64,000 bases of DNA, taken from contig OX597832.1 of assembly GCA_951406725.2 (NCBI GenBank), positions 33,604,001-33,668,000 on the forward strand, given 5' to 3'. Shown in pieces: positions 14,001 to 29,070 of this stretch (within the stretch, counting starts at the first letter, position 1; every line of letters begins with the position of its first letter). This DNA comes from Octopus vulgaris. Taxonomy: Eukaryota. The notes below the pieces were generated by a model. The model made no database searches. It saw only the letters and a program-made list of their open reading frames with translations, and was not told the origin of the DNA. Made by a program: the position numbers and the translations under genes.

Positions 14001-14149
14001 ATGTGTGTGTAAATGTAGCATGTGACAATTATTCGGTAGCCATGATAAAACTCCGAGTTTCGGATGCCGAGGTGTAAATCCACCTGTCTAGTTATCTGGC
14101 CAACGGGAAAAATGCTATGTCTTACCATTTTTATCAATATATATATATT

Positions 14150-14197
<48 letters not shown>

Positions 14198-14420
14198 TGT
14201 ATACGAATGCTGGGTTATGTCGAATAAACGAGAGAAATGTACTCAATATACGATGTAGAGGATATATTTTTAGTTATTGGAACTGAAACATGAATCTAGT
14301 TACAATTCCTCACCTCTTGGTTCATTAAAAAATTCCTGTATATATATATATATATATACCCACACAAAAACACACAGATATACATACACACGCACACACA
14401 TACACACACACACACACAAA

Positions 14421-14805
14421 CGCACAATGTGGAGTTATATCAACTGGCTGTTTTGCCGTAAAGTAAACCTCGAGAGAGCCGAGATTTTTACATACAGAGC
14501 GACCAAATCATAGAGGCGAGACGACCAGATATGGTGCTCATCCGTAAAGGTGAAAAAGAATTAAAGATAGTAGATGTAGCAATACTAGGCACTCGATGGT
14601 GAAATGTAAGGAAACAGAAAAATGTGAGAAATACCAGACACTGCGGGACGAGATAAGAAAGTTATGAGGCATGAGGAAAATAATGGTGATACTGGTGGTA
14701 TTTGGAACATTAGGAGCAATTTCCAAGAGCTTTGAAAAACATTAAGACTATTGGAGCTGTTGTCAGGCTTGAAGTGATCCAGAAGAGAGCATTATTGGGT
14801 ACATT
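14421..14805 (+). mobile_element. R4/Dong-clade non-LTR retrotransposon, restriction-like endonuclease fragment (pseudogene)
   Basis: DFYIQSDQIIEARRPDMVLIRKGEKELKIVDVAI...KETEKCEKYQTLRDEIRKL*GMRK...GTLGAISK...IQKRALLGT. The RRPD-x-D-x-KY REL motif is present, with stops and frameshifts. Confidence 0.9.
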
Positions 14806-14851
14806 GTTGGCTCTGTCCGTTATTCAAGCCACTTAAATAACGGACAGTTAA

Positions 14852-14985
14852 CAACTATAGAAAAGGTTGCAAGATGCAACGAAATTTTAGAAAAATAAAT
14901 GAATAAATGAGTGGGAATTTTACCGGTGAGTTTGTGAAATTATAAGGCAGAAAAAGAGAATGACTCTCCCCAGACACAACAGCAT
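14852..14985 (+). mobile_element. Dispersed repeat family D
   Basis: Matches 12272-12400. Confidence 0.85.
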
Positions 14986-16309
14986 GTATATAAGTAAATA
15001 TGGATATACGTGAGTGTGTGTAAATACATATACACACGCATCTTTATTCGACATATACATACATATTAATATGAATGTTCATATGTAAATATATGTGATT
15101 GTGTCCACCTACTTTTCTATCTATCTGCATTTGAATATAGTTATATCTCGCTTGCTTTTGTATGCTGCATGATGTTAAAGATGTTTACACAAACTTACTT
15201 GTCGTAAATTACAAATATTGACACAGAACACAATTCCGTAAAGGATAAAAGCCCACACCCGCAGGACGTACAGAGCTAATAAGCCGCCATAAAACTTGCA
15301 TATATCGGTGGAATGCTTAGAATTGTATCGGTGATTGAAAGTGTTATATGGTAATATTCATCAAGTGAGATTGAATGAAGTCCTGCATGTAACTCGAGAA
15401 GAAGGAAGCAGGAAAGAAAACCAAAATCAAATTTCATAAGTAATCACATAAAAAAGATATATGTGTGTGTATGAGTGTGATTTAGGTTTGGATGATGATT
15501 CTGAGAATTGAATTAATGTTCCATATTGCGCATGCCTTCACGTGTGAACACCAAACAAAGGTTTACCTTGGTGCCTAGCTCTTAGGAGAAAGTGGTATAT
15601 ACACAGAAATCGAAAGATTTGGTGGAACTTGCGCCATAAATTAATTCTAAAGTAATCCGCGAAACCATAAATATGTGAGATGTAAAGGATAATAACCGAT
15701 GAAATCATCCTCAATAATTAATTGATGAATATCTACGACATCTCTGGAGGAGTAAGCATAATGTCAGCTTCCACCAGAAGAGCACAAAGGTATTTTTTTA
15801 AATATGATATCCCACCGAATTTGTCATCCGCCATTTTGTTTTCTACTGGTGCTTTAAGATAAGCATGCGTTCATGAATATGGAAAATGACGTAAATATGC
15901 ACATACTCATCGCACGGACACGAGCTATAGTCTAACATTTTATTCACACACGTACGTATCCCCACACACACATGTGGGCATACACAAGCACATGCGAACG
16001 CAATATATAATCTATTACATTGTATCACATGCTAAATAGAAACTTTGTGAGTCTGTCAATAAATCTCAAATGGTGAAGTCCACTTCTCTGAAAACAGGTT
16101 CCACAGTGTAGAAAATAAAGCGTTGAGGGAAAAACATCAATTAATGATGGTATGTATGTCAGCATGTACGGCCGACAATTCCGGATGAGTTTTTGCCGTA
16201 TTACAGCAGTGTTTATAGACGTTACTTTTCAACAACGGCAGGTTCGCAAGTAATAAGAGTTTTTATTAATAAGATATGTAATGAACTTTTGTTTTTTGCT
16301 GTTGAAGCA

Positions 16310-16880
16310 AATAAATGTTCAGGCGCAAAGCCAACAATGTTAAAGAGAGGAACAAATTAAGTATTCTATAGATTCTATAGTATTCTAAGTATTATATAGG
16401 CACTTCACTATGGCAATAGCAAATCGTCGGGAGAAATGCCGCTAAGAATTGTTCGAGGCAAGATACAATTCTGCGAGATCGTTGCCTTTGCTTCAAGATT
16501 TGGATCAAGGTCGGTCATTTAGAAGGGGCGCCGTTAGTCTATACCATCAGCTTGTACAATTCCAGTAGTTTTAAGAAGTTTTCAGGAGAGACATTTATTA
16601 ATTTCAAAGAGATACAAAACTCTAATCTCCTACAAATTAGGGTCCTCTGACTTGAAAGATGCTTGTAGCGCCCCACCTACTACGGGAAGTCCTGGAAAGT
16701 GCAAGTGCCTCGAACCTTTCTCTTCCATCTTCTCAATGTCTCCAAATCGACTGCCTTCGGCTTATCAAAAATCACAGAGAGGAAGTTTGCATTGTAGGAA
16801 AAGGGACGAAAAGATTTTTGTAAATGTGACAAGCAGTATTTAGTAGACAGTGACAAGCAGTGTTTGGAAGCAGCGTTTAA
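16310..16880 (+). pseudogene. Possible heavily decayed piggyBac-like transposase C-terminus
   Basis: AIANRREKCR*ELF resembles the IRGKKWxWPLF motif. ITERKFAL*/GKGTKRF/CKCDKQ resembles the terminal Cys-rich domain. Many frameshifts are needed. Confidence 0.3.
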
Positions 16881-17004
16881 GATGCTGTTTTGAATAAAAT
16901 TTGGCTGGTCAGCTGATTAGATGTATAGCAATGATATAGAACGATTACAAGCACGTAGGACAGTTCTGACTACCTCTCCTGAAGATTTCCCATGTACTTG
17001 GTCG

Positions 17005-17126
17005 CCAGTTTATCTGATCGACCGTGGGTGGTATGGAAGACTAAGTTGATGTCGGCGGGATATGAAACTGAAGCATAAAGAGCTGAAAGAAATGCCGTTT
17101 CGTCCGATCTTCTAACTTTTCTTCTA
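17005..17126 (-). mobile_element. SINE family C, degenerate
   Basis: Similar to 35790-35913. Confidence 0.5.
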
Positions 17127-17835
17127 TCTCGTCACCATTCCTGTTATCACACACACACAAACATATATGTTTATATATATATATATATATATACTACTTA
17201 CATATATATATATGTAGATAATAACAAAAACAATAGCTATCAAAATAATACTACTACTAATAATAATAATAATAATTTATGACTGAGTCACAATTAATTA
17301 CAAGGCAACACACTTAAAGAGTCAAGACATTGTCTGATACCTAGTTCATTGACCTCACAAAGATCAAAGGTAAAAACCAGTGAATATACAGAGGGTAAAT
17401 TCTTAGTACATCTCCCAGTTCATTAATAACTAGTTTTCACATACTTCTGCATTCATAATTTCACCAAAAGCACCTTCAAACGAAATTTTTTATTGAACTT
17501 TACATAAGAGTAATTTCATAGAAATGTTTCTATAGAACTTCAGGAGATCTGCAGAATTTGGTCTTTAGAAATATTTATAAATGTTTTTGCTTTTATCTTC
17601 ACACATTGTTATATTCTCATACATGGAATCGGGAATTGCTGCGAATTTCTTTGTGCCTGATTTCAACAGATCCAACAGAAGTGTATATAATGATACTTCA
17701 AATATATTGCTAAAGTCGGCCGAGGATCGAGGAGGAAAAAATTACTCTGATCAAAGACACACAGACACACTACTTCACTTAACAATATTTGCTACGTTAT
17801 ACCACCACTTTTGATAACTGTGTGATAGTATCAAT

Positions 17836-17965
17836 AGGTGACGTATTGTCCTCCTAACCAATCATAAGCCCGTAAGTTCGATTCCTGGACCGGACAAGTT
17901 GCTGCGTCCTTGAGGAAAGTACATTATTTCCCATTGCTTCAGATTCCTCCTTTTAAAAATGAGCA
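17836..17965 (+). mobile_element. Degenerate tRNA-SINE head (family B-related)
   Basis: B box agttcgattcctgg followed by CORE-like gtccttgaggaaag. Confidence 0.55.
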
Positions 17966-18419
17966 GACTTTGAGCAGACTTTCCTGCCTCCACATCCTCG
18001 ATATATCGATTAGTCGACGGTAGGATATCTATAAATTTCTCTGATTTTCTTCGCCACTACGTAAGCATTTAAAGCAATCAGCAAAAGTTCAGTGGCTCCT
18101 GATCAAATGCATGGGATACTTGTGCTTTTTTGGCGAATGAATGGGTGCGCATATATGTAAGCATGCTTCTATGGATGGATACATTAATACATGGACGTAC
18201 TTTTACATCTCTTACACAGGAGAGAGACGTTATTCTTGTAACTTGTCATTCAATAATCAATATAATGCACTCTACTTGACTAAAGCTTTATTCTGTAGTG
18301 TATACATATAGATAGACATGTATGTTTGTATGTACACACACACACACATACACACACATATATATATACACATATATATATATATAGATATTATTTAATT
18401 AACACTATAGATGTTTTTA

Positions 18420-18501
18420 TGTGCTACTATTAGTTTCATGCGCCAAGAACATGCCAATGATTTATAATTTGTCTGACATCTCGGCACATTCATCAGGCAC
18501 A
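18420..18501 (-). ncRNA. Type I hammerhead ribozyme with apparently intact core
   Basis: Minus strand: UGUGC-CUGAUGA-AUGUGCCGAGA[30 nt]UCUUGGCGCAU-GAA-ACUAAUAGU-A/GCACA. Stem I 5 bp; stem II 11 bp with 2 GU pairs; quasi-palindromic stem III; GUA cleavage triplet. Confidence 0.85.
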
Positions 18502-18631
18502 GCCCACGTAGCATAACTAACTAAAAATGGCATGAGAGAAGAAACTCATAGTAACATACAAAAGTATGTATTGTGTTTATTACTTAATATTTATATCTCT
18601 CCAAATGGAGTACTTTTTTGTTGAACAGTAC

Positions 18632-18671
<40 letters not shown>

Positions 18672-18784
18672 ATATAAACTTACTTGGAAATGGAGGTGTA
18701 GCGTACAATTATATAATAATATAAATATATATATATATGTGTGTGTGTGTATACATACATATATATGCATATATATGCATATAT

Positions 18785-19643
18785 GGGTACAGGGCGCCAC
18801 AAAAGCTAAACAACATGAAATACGAAGACAAACTTGGGTATGCGAACAATGAGAGAGACAAATGGAAATCGAGACAAGTAACATAAATAAAGACCCTTCA
18901 TCAATTGTAGGCTGTCCATCTACTCCTCATTTCGAGCAATTAGCGATAATAGGAGGCTTCGAAAGACAGTTGCTCCTGCGAACCAAAATACAATTTAGAA
19001 TTTGTGGAGGGTCAAAGCTGGAAGCAAAAACAGGACAGTGGAGATGGCGGCGAACTGTCTTTGCTCAAATGGGTTTGTGAAGTCTCTCTGTAGTCTATCT
19101 CGCTGATTCCGTTGACCTCCGGCATCGGTCCTTCAAGTGCTGTCTATATATGTGGCGACCTGGACGTGCCGCTGTAACCCGCAGTCGGCCAATGTGTGGA
19201 CAATAATCCTTATGTTTGTGATATTGTATCGTTCCCTCAGCCGGTCAATTGTCCGAAAACTGCAGTTCAATGAACCATCGACGTTGACCAGCATGGAGAC
19301 CTCCTATGTCTTACTCCGTCTATTTCGTGTCAGTTTTTGTCATGCTTGGGGCGTTCGGGAAACGAATTGCAGGCTGGTAAATTTGGGTGCATTTTATACC
19401 CAACGAGTCAACATTTTGACCCTGCATCATGCTTTTCATAAGGATGCCTTCCCGAGCATTACCATATTCAGGAAAACTGAGCGAATTCGAATCCGACATG
19501 CAATCCTTGTGTTTTCAAAAGAGTTGTAAGTGACATCTTCCTGATGTCAAATTAGCTAGAAATGTGATAAAATCCATATAATCTCACTATCGCGTGTGAA
19601 ATAATCTTTTACAGTGAGAACGCTTCCTTTGAACTTCAGAATG
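18785..19643 (-). mobile_element. Penelope-like element 3' portion (decayed GIY-YIG endonuclease and 3' UTR)
   Basis: Minus translation LKFKGSVLTVKDYFTRDSEIIWILS...FPEY...IYQPAI resembles the Neptune-type FTCxSxNxIY...FIxKYxPxLN pattern. Many lesions. Confidence 0.55.
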
Positions 19644-19699
19644 TATCCACACACACATATATACATATGTATATGTATGTGTCTATATATATATACACG

Positions 19700-20341
<642 letters not shown>

Positions 20342-20353
20342 ATACATTGAACG

Positions 20354-20676
20354 ATGAGGCGTAGCTTTATTGCTAAAGCCTTCCATACACGATCATAATG
20401 TTGTGAGTTCGATTCCCGGCTCCCAGTTTTGTCCTTCTCCGTGATAGTTTATTTCTCTTTGCTTTAGTCCACTCATCTGGCAAAACTGAATTATTCTGGT
20501 AAGTCAAAGGCCTAGACTGATCACAGTTTGCATCATGTTGAATCTTCCTGAAATGTATTTCAAGGATTTGCATGTCCGTATTGACCTCAGCTATTTCTAC
20601 GTTAATTTCATGGGGAGATTGTTCGGTTGAGCAGATCAATTAAAATACACGTCGTCGTAACTGACGCAGAACCAGC
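20354..20676 (+). mobile_element. SINE family B-related, full length, degenerate
   Basis: B box gagttcgattccc; body ...gttaatttca...gtcgtcgtaactgacg. Confidence 0.8.
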
Positions 20677-20747
20677 TCTTGGTTATTGGGTTGTAACAAC
20701 TAGTTATTAGTAAGTCTATTGCTAAACGAAGTCCCAATGCACACACA

Positions 20748-20967
20748 TACGTGCGGGCGTTGAAAAGTTCCTGGCTTTAAGACTATCACGAAAGGACTGG
20801 AGGCCCAACCTTCCGACGTTGTGCTTTTTCTTTTCTTACACTGAAGGACCGCTACAATAGTTGTTTGAATCTGCGAGGGGAATATGTTGAATAAAATCAC
20901 AATTCACTGATTGTCCTGTATGCTTGTATTTTCTTTTACCCAAATCTTTTTTCAGTACCCACCCATA
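20748..20967 (+). mobile_element. Mariner-derived non-autonomous element (MITE-like)
   Basis: TA-flanked with imperfect TIRs (gggcgttgaaaag / ttttcagtaccc). Internal remnant LKDRYNSCLNLRGEYVE* matches the mariner transposase C-terminus. Confidence 0.75.
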
Positions 20968-21542
20968 TGATCTAATATAATCTCATGTATTACATAATAC
21001 TATATTACGTTATACTTTGTAGAATTACATGTTGTATCAGATTGTATTGCAGCATTATTGATTCAAACGGAATCTACTTTACGCCACGGATCCGGTTTGT
21101 TGACGAACGGGAATCCAGAAGAGGAGTGAGATTCTAATAAACGGTATAACCCTTCTGTTTGCATATACAAAAGCATGCGCGCCAGCTTGCCTCTCTCTCT
21201 TTCTCCTTCCCTCCCTCTCTCCTTCTCTCCTTCTCTCTGTCTCTGTGTAAATGTGTGTGTGTGTGTGTATGTGTGTGTATGTAGACATTCCTCCCTACAA
21301 CAGAGAACTTTATGTGAACCTTAATAATGTTATACATAAATTTTCCACTGTACAGGAATATTTCCATTCAGTTTCGAATTAAGAAAAAAAAACAAGCACA
21401 AACACACATTCACACTCCGTACGTATACACAGACAATGTGACGTACACATATGAGTACAATAGCAGATATACACATATATATTTATATATATATGTGTGT
21501 GTGTGTATGTGTGTGTATGTATATATATGTGTATATATATAT

Positions 21543-21650
<108 letters not shown>

Positions 21651-21913
21651 GTATATATATACATAGATAGATAGATAGATAGATGATAGATAGATAGATA
21701 GATAAACAGATAAATGTGTACACTACAAATATACATACATATACATACGTATACATACACTGGCAAGCGTATATATACTTATACCCACATATGTAATATA
21801 GTATATACATAACACACACACATATATCCACACAAACACACACACACACTCACACATGCACACTTATATATATGCATATATTTATAAATATATATATATA
21901 TGTATATATATAC

Positions 21914-21980
<67 letters not shown>

Positions 21981-22435
21981 TATATACATACATACATACA
22001 TAGATATATACATATATGCGTTTCCATAATTATGTATGTGTGTGTGCTAAGACCCATGTATGCTTATATATGTAAACAAACATACACGCATGCGCACATG
22101 TGCACGGCACACACGCACACACACATACACACGACACACGCACACACAGACACACACACCCATTCACGAGGTGTTTTCTTTTATTATTTCGTTTAGTAAT
22201 GATAATGTTCGTTGTTTAAGTGTCACATCACCAGGAATTTTCAATTTGGCAGATAATGGTATCATTGGCCAAATACAAAGAACTAATAGACTCACCTTCA
22301 AAGAACTGCAATGACACAATATTGCGCGAGAATATTGATTTCTACATCTTTATTATATTACGGCACGATTTGCCAGTCTTTTGGGCTCAGCATATAGTAT
22401 TGATTAGGTACATACACCCACACATACACACATAT

Positions 22436-22531
<96 letters not shown>

Positions 22532-22693
22532 CATACATATATATGTATGTATATATATATACGATTAAGTCTCTCACTCTGGCATACATGTGTGATTCTG
22601 TGTGCATCTATTTATAAGTGTCTCTGTATGTTTGTTGGGGTTCGTGAGCACGCATTGTATATATATATACATATATATACGTATACACACACA

Positions 22694-22724
<31 letters not shown>

Positions 22725-22732
22725 CACGCGTA

Positions 22733-23573
22733 TATATAGTGTGTGATATATTATTAACTTCCGGCATGCGCGTTGTTTTTTTTATTTTATTTTGCCAACT
22801 ACATAGTATACAAGGGTCAGCCGGGCACCGTCTGTGGGAAAAACCTCATCATGATGCAATTCACTCTGCCAGAAATTTGGAAACGACTTGCTATGCTGAT
22901 TGGCATTTCAGAGTGCCCAATGTGAGTCCCCAAAACATGTAGCCAGAACGATAAAATTCCAACATGCCTTCAAGGTCACGTTATTTTGAGTGATCACTAG
23001 TGATAGTAACGCTATGCCTCCATTCATCTTCCTACACTGACTCAGTATCAACATGGAGTCTTACATCAAGTGCGTAGGGTGTGGGGTAGTGCTGCTCTGG
23101 GTCAAGAAGAGGCTGGCTACTGGATGACCTTATGTCTGGCAACAAGACTCTGCACCATTGCTACACAAGCAGGATAACCTGGTCAAGGCTGTCAAAGAAT
23201 TTCTGCGACCACCTCATCCCAAACATTTGGCCACCTAATTCCCCAGATTGCAAAGCCCTTGATTATTATGTGTGGAGTGCAGTTGAGCGAAAAACCAACA
23301 AAACTCCTTGTAACACCAAACATGAACTAAAGGCAAGGATTATGGCAGCATTCACCAAATTTAACAAGGAGACCGTTCAGAAGATTTGCAGGTGATTCCA
23401 AAGTCGTGTGGAGACTGTGTTTGAAGTAAATGGAGATTTTATTGAATACATTTACTCTTTAGAATTTCAAGATATTTTTATGTAATTTCGTAAATATATC
23501 TGTTAAAATAAGATGTCAGTGTTACTTTCATGTTTGCGTAGTTTAGACGACAATATATTCACCGCATCCTGTA
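22733..23573 (+). mobile_element. Internally deleted Tc1/mariner DD37D (maT) transposon
   Basis: ATG at 22851 (MMQFTLPEIWKRLAMLIGI). YVWQQDSAP/CYTS...WPPNSPDCKALDYYVW gives 37 residues between the second and third Asp after correcting a 1-nt frameshift. Ends FEVNGDFIE; right end ...atcctgTA. Confidence 0.9.
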
Positions 23574-23721
23574 TATATGTATATATATATGTGTGTGTAT
23601 ACTTCCATCCGTCTGTTCGTCCAGATATTTATTTAACTGTATGTAATACTCACACACACACTCACATACACAGATATACATGCGTATAGAAGAGAAATAA
23701 TTATATATATATGTATACACA

Positions 23722-23764
<43 letters not shown>

Positions 23765-23790
23765 TCATATATATACATATATATGTATGT

Positions 23791-23843
<53 letters not shown>

Positions 23844-24132
23844 CGTGTGTATGTATGCATATGCATATATGTATGTATATATTATATATATACATATATA
23901 TAAATTAGAAGACAACCACTATTATGTAATTCAAACAATGATAGACGTAAATTATATCATATAGAAAAAATAAAATACATAATAAAGCATTTATCTAGTT
24001 CAGAAACAGTACATAATAATAAATAAACAGTATATTAGTACATAGAAAACGTACGTTTCGTTGCTATAACTTAAATTCGAATTACAGTTAAATTTAAATT
24101 CATTGATCCAAAAACAATTCAATTATTACATA

Positions 24133-24202
<70 letters not shown>

Positions 24203-24304
24203 TATACATACTTTTAAGGAGCAGTGCAGAAGGCAGCCGAAACGATTGTTGTGATAGATAAATCGTGAAGTTAGAGTTTGTCTTCCGTATCAATCGTTTA
24301 AAAA

Positions 24305-24520
24305 AATTATATCACGTTGCTCCAGTCCACTCAGCAGACAAAAATGTATATTACCTGTAATTCTAAAGAGCAGACTTTTGACACTATGTGTCACTCTGAA
24401 TCTATCTGAGAACTACGTTAAGGAAACACGTGTTTGTGGCTTGCACGCACCACTTGCGCCTCAATTTCACGTCGATCGGATCAACTGAAACCCTCGTCGT
24501 TGTAACTGACGGAGAACTAG
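24305..24520 (+). mobile_element. SINE family B body and 3' end
   Basis: gaactacgttaaggaaacacgtgtttgtgg...gatcggatcaactgaaaccctcgtcgttgtaactgacggag. Confidence 0.85.
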
Positions 24521-25412
24521 TTACTACATTTACACGCAGATACACAAATACATACATTCGCACACAAAATAAATACATGCACGTACGTACGTACCTACCT
24601 AGCTACCTACACACATATATACTTATATAGTTATATTTAAGAACGCGCCTGATCGCATATCTCAATGTATGTGTCTGTATTTGCATCACGTGCTGCACAT
24701 AACGTATATCTTTAGATTTATTACTATTTGTAAATAGAAGCAGTTCTCCTAATTCCAGATTAGATGAGTTCCGTTAGTTTATTAATGATTCAAACTACTT
24801 CTTCGAAGAATTCTGCCAATATTGCAGGTGTCGTCTCTGATAATATATGCAGTAAATAAAAAAATAATATGGAAGAATAAATTGATTCACAATATTGCTT
24901 TAATTAAAAATATACCTACTAATTATTTTTTGTGGAGTATCATTATTTATTCGTCGGTTTTATAGAGTTTTCTTATTTTTTACTTACTAATTGCTTCTTT
25001 GTTTTTAATTTCAGAAAGAAGTGTTTGAAATTAATTTTTAAATTAATTATTTTAGCCAATAAATTTTATTTTTACTTTTCCTTTATTATTTTATTTATTT
25101 ATTTTTTTATTTTGTAAAGAATGAAAATGAAAAATGATTAAATGTAATGCAAAGACAATTTATGAAATTCATCAAAAAATTTCAAATGTTTGTCAAAAAA
25201 TATGACGTATGTGAAATGATTTCTATATTGTCTATTTTCCACACACGCACACACACACACACACATAAACACACATACTCATCTAGCCCACTCACATACA
25301 CAGAAAGCACAGAAACACAAACCTAAAAAACGCACGTACACGACTGCATGTGCGTGTCTGTTGTATGTGAGTAAATATATATATATTTCTGTCTATATAT
25401 CTATATATATGC

Positions 25413-25519
<107 letters not shown>

Positions 25520-25944
25520 TGTACATACAAATATATATATATACATATATACATCTTTCTGCAGACATACATGTATATATGTATGTGTGTGCATGTGCAT
25601 ACGTTGATAGATAGGCATAGAGATAAATAAATTGAGAGATAAATAGACAGACAGACAGACAGACACAGAAAATCAGGCAGCTAGATAGTCATATCTATGT
25701 TTGTATGTGTGAACTTATTTATATGTATATATGTATATTATTAAAAGCATACACTAATATATATTGTTTGTGTATTTTCCGGTGGCTGCAAGGGCGTGGC
25801 GGAATATATAACTCTCATACATACATAAACACACACACCTATTTCCATGTATCCAATCATTTATACCTATATACCTACAAGTTTGATTCTCAGTCTTATC
25901 ACAAAGTTTGAGAATTTTGAGATTCGTCTATCGACAACGGATTG

Positions 25945-26090
25945 TGTTGATTGTTTGCATCCCCGTAACTTAGCGGATCAGCAAAAGTATCCGATAGAAT
26001 AAGGAAGAAGCTAAAAAAGCATATGAACTGGGGTCGACTGATTCGATTGAATCCTTGCTAATAAATGAAACGAATAAAAAATAAAAGATT
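25945..26090 (+). mobile_element. SINE family A 3' half, followed by family C fragments (26095-26270)
   Basis: ccccgtaacttagcgg...ccgatagaataag...ctggggtcga; then gagttcaaatc motifs. Confidence 0.7.
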
Positions 26091-28249
26091 CAACCTTTCG
26101 AGTTCAAATCCCACAGTGGTCAACTTTGTCTTCCATGTTTTCAGATTCGTTAAAAAATAATTAACTATTCCAGGTTCCTAGATGCATGGAAATGTAAGGA
26201 CATCGGAGCAAATATCTTCTGGGTTTGCTAGGGATCTTTATCTTTTAAGTTCAAATCTTGCTATGGCCATATTAAGTCGTAGATTTATCACAACGTGCCT
26301 TTGTTGATTTTGTTGTTTACTCGCTAGCAAGAATTCAACCAAAGTTCCTGGATTAATGGCATCTACCACCCTCCATCTTACCGATAACTGTTATATTAAC
26401 AGGGCACGAGAAATGCCTCTCCATAGCGACACGATAAAACCATATCACTATTCCAGAACAATTTCCCATCTTGCACAAGCGGATGTACAATGTAATCCAT
26501 TTAGAATTCCACAACAAGTTTCTGTATATCTAATAAATTATCTCGAGAATTCTCCGTTTAACGCAAACAATATTCGCTAAGGATTATTGAATGTTTTCGC
26601 AAAACTTTTGTAAGCAATACATATAGATTTTATACCTTGATAGAGGTTGAAACTTTGTAAGTAATAATCCCTGCCAGATATCTTCGGAAGGATCCGAGGA
26701 AGCCGAACAGGGGTGTGCGTAATCAAGTTTCAAATGCCTTATCAATTGTAGGAGTGAGTGAATAGAGTAAACATGAAGGGGGGCAGTCGGAGGGGAAAAT
26801 GTTGGCGAACTCGCAGGGAAAAGAGAGTGAATGAGTGAGAGAGAGGGTTGGATATACATTTACAGATAAAGTCGTAAATAGATGTAGGTACATGAATATA
26901 TCTATATCTACCTATCCCAATATGTATATGTCCATACACATACATGCGCATATATTTGTGCATATGTGTGTGTGTATATACAGTTTTTATATAGTGTACA
27001 TTAATGGGAAACTCGAGTCGCTGCGACAATCCCGTTAATGCACCGTCTATATATAAACCATTCTAAACTCTCATTTGGTTTGAGTGCTTTCACTTGTAGG
27101 AACTTATCCAGAGAGTCAGTGAATTGTATACAAATGTGGACACAAACAAAGACAAACATACACGCACATACATACATGTATATTATATTCATACATGTAC
27201 ATATATGTTAAATGTATATATTTTTATGTATATATTTTTATGTATGTATATAACAGTGTTGTATAGGATATGTAAGCAATTCTTCAGACAGAGACTCTTA
27301 TAAACCATTCCACGGATTTCATAGAATCTGCAGTTATTTGTTTATCTTGACAAAAAAAAATAGAGAGAAATCCATTCTAATATATTAACACTGAATGTAC
27401 GGTCGCAGAGAGACGAGTATGGAAGGAGATAATTGGAGAAAAGCAAAAAAAGAGTGTGCTTATGTGTGTGTGTGTGTGTGTGTTCGTGTGTGTATGTGTG
27501 TTTGTATGTGTGTGTGCTTGTGTATGAGTATGTGTATGCGTGTTTGTGTTTGTGCATATGTATATATGTATGAATTTATGTGTGTGTTTGTGAGTGCATC
27601 CATACTGGAGCATGTATAAGTGTGTATAAATGTATAGATATGATTATAAGTAAATTATCACACGCACATGCACAAACACAGACAAACGCACACTTTTCTA
27701 TAGAGAGACACCGTGAGAAAATGTGTGAGGTTCAAAGAGAAAGAGATAGACTCAAACTGAGATAGGTACAGTTGTGCAAAGAAAGATAGAGATACACAAA
27801 GAAAGAAAGAAAGAACGAAAGAAATAAGAAAGAAAGAAAAATATAGGTGGGTAGGTAGATGGATGGGTAGGTAGGTAGGTAGGTAAATAGATACCATTAT
27901 ATGAAAACCAAATATTTCTGAGATATATAGACAAAGCCCTGTTTGTACGCATGCGCAGAAAAGAATGCTCGTCAAATCTTCACCCTTGTTGAAATTTCAA
28001 ATATAGCATTTACATAGAATATAAACAAGACAACGTGAAGTTAAACGCGCGTGTATACACACATATAAACACACATTCGTAAGAGTACAACGGCAAACAT
28101 CGACTCGCAGAATCCTGTTCATACACTGATATACACAAACCCATACTACTATATAAACATGAACGAACGAATGACTGCCCTTTGCACATATATATACACA
28201 GTGAGTCACGCTCTCTCACGCTCCCTCACATGCGCTCATACATACAAGC

Positions 28250-28719
28250 ATAGATACATACATACACGCACATACATGCATACATACACACATGCATACA
28301 TACATACGTATACACATACATACATACATACGTACGTACATACGTACATACATACATACATATACACATACATACAAACATACATACATACAAACATACA
28401 TACATACATACATATATATATACAAACATACATACATATATACGTACATAAAAATAGACATACATACATACATACATACATACTTAAATATATACATACA
28501 TACATATATACATACATACATACAAACATACATACATACATACATACATACATACATACATACATACATACAAGCATGCATGCATGCATGCATACATACA
28601 TACATACATACATACATACATGTATGCATGCATACATACATACATACATACATACACGCATGCATACATACATACATACATACATATATACATACATACA
28701 TACATACATACATACATAC

Positions 28720-28750
<31 letters not shown>

Positions 28751-28880
28751 CTTACATACATACATAATACATACATACACACATACATACAAACATACAT
28801 ACATACATACATACACACACACATACATACATACATACACACATACACACATACACACATACATACATACATACAAGCAA
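28250..28880. repeat. (TACA)n degenerate microsatellite, about 630 bp
   Basis: Direct; accounts for the 140-216 aa HTYI/MYVC ORFs. Confidence 0.95.
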
Positions 28881-29029
28881 ACATGGATACACTCATGCAA
28901 AGACATGGGCAGAAGCCATTAATTACAATGTGTGAATGGTAAATTGCAATGATCATGACGGAATTTGGCAACTGGGACATAACAAGCATCGATGTGAAGT
29001 GTAGGGTGGCGAAGGGTGTTTATGGGGAA

Positions 29030-29030
29030 A

Positions 29031-29070
<40 letters not shown>

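Noticed and set aside
18895-18936. Permuted hammerhead (GAAA before UUGAUGA) in the PLE 3' UTR
   Set aside because: The core is mutated and stems I and III could not be drawn.
24046-24065. Half hammerhead GAAACGTACGTT on the minus strand
   Set aside because: No CUGANGA strand remains upstream.
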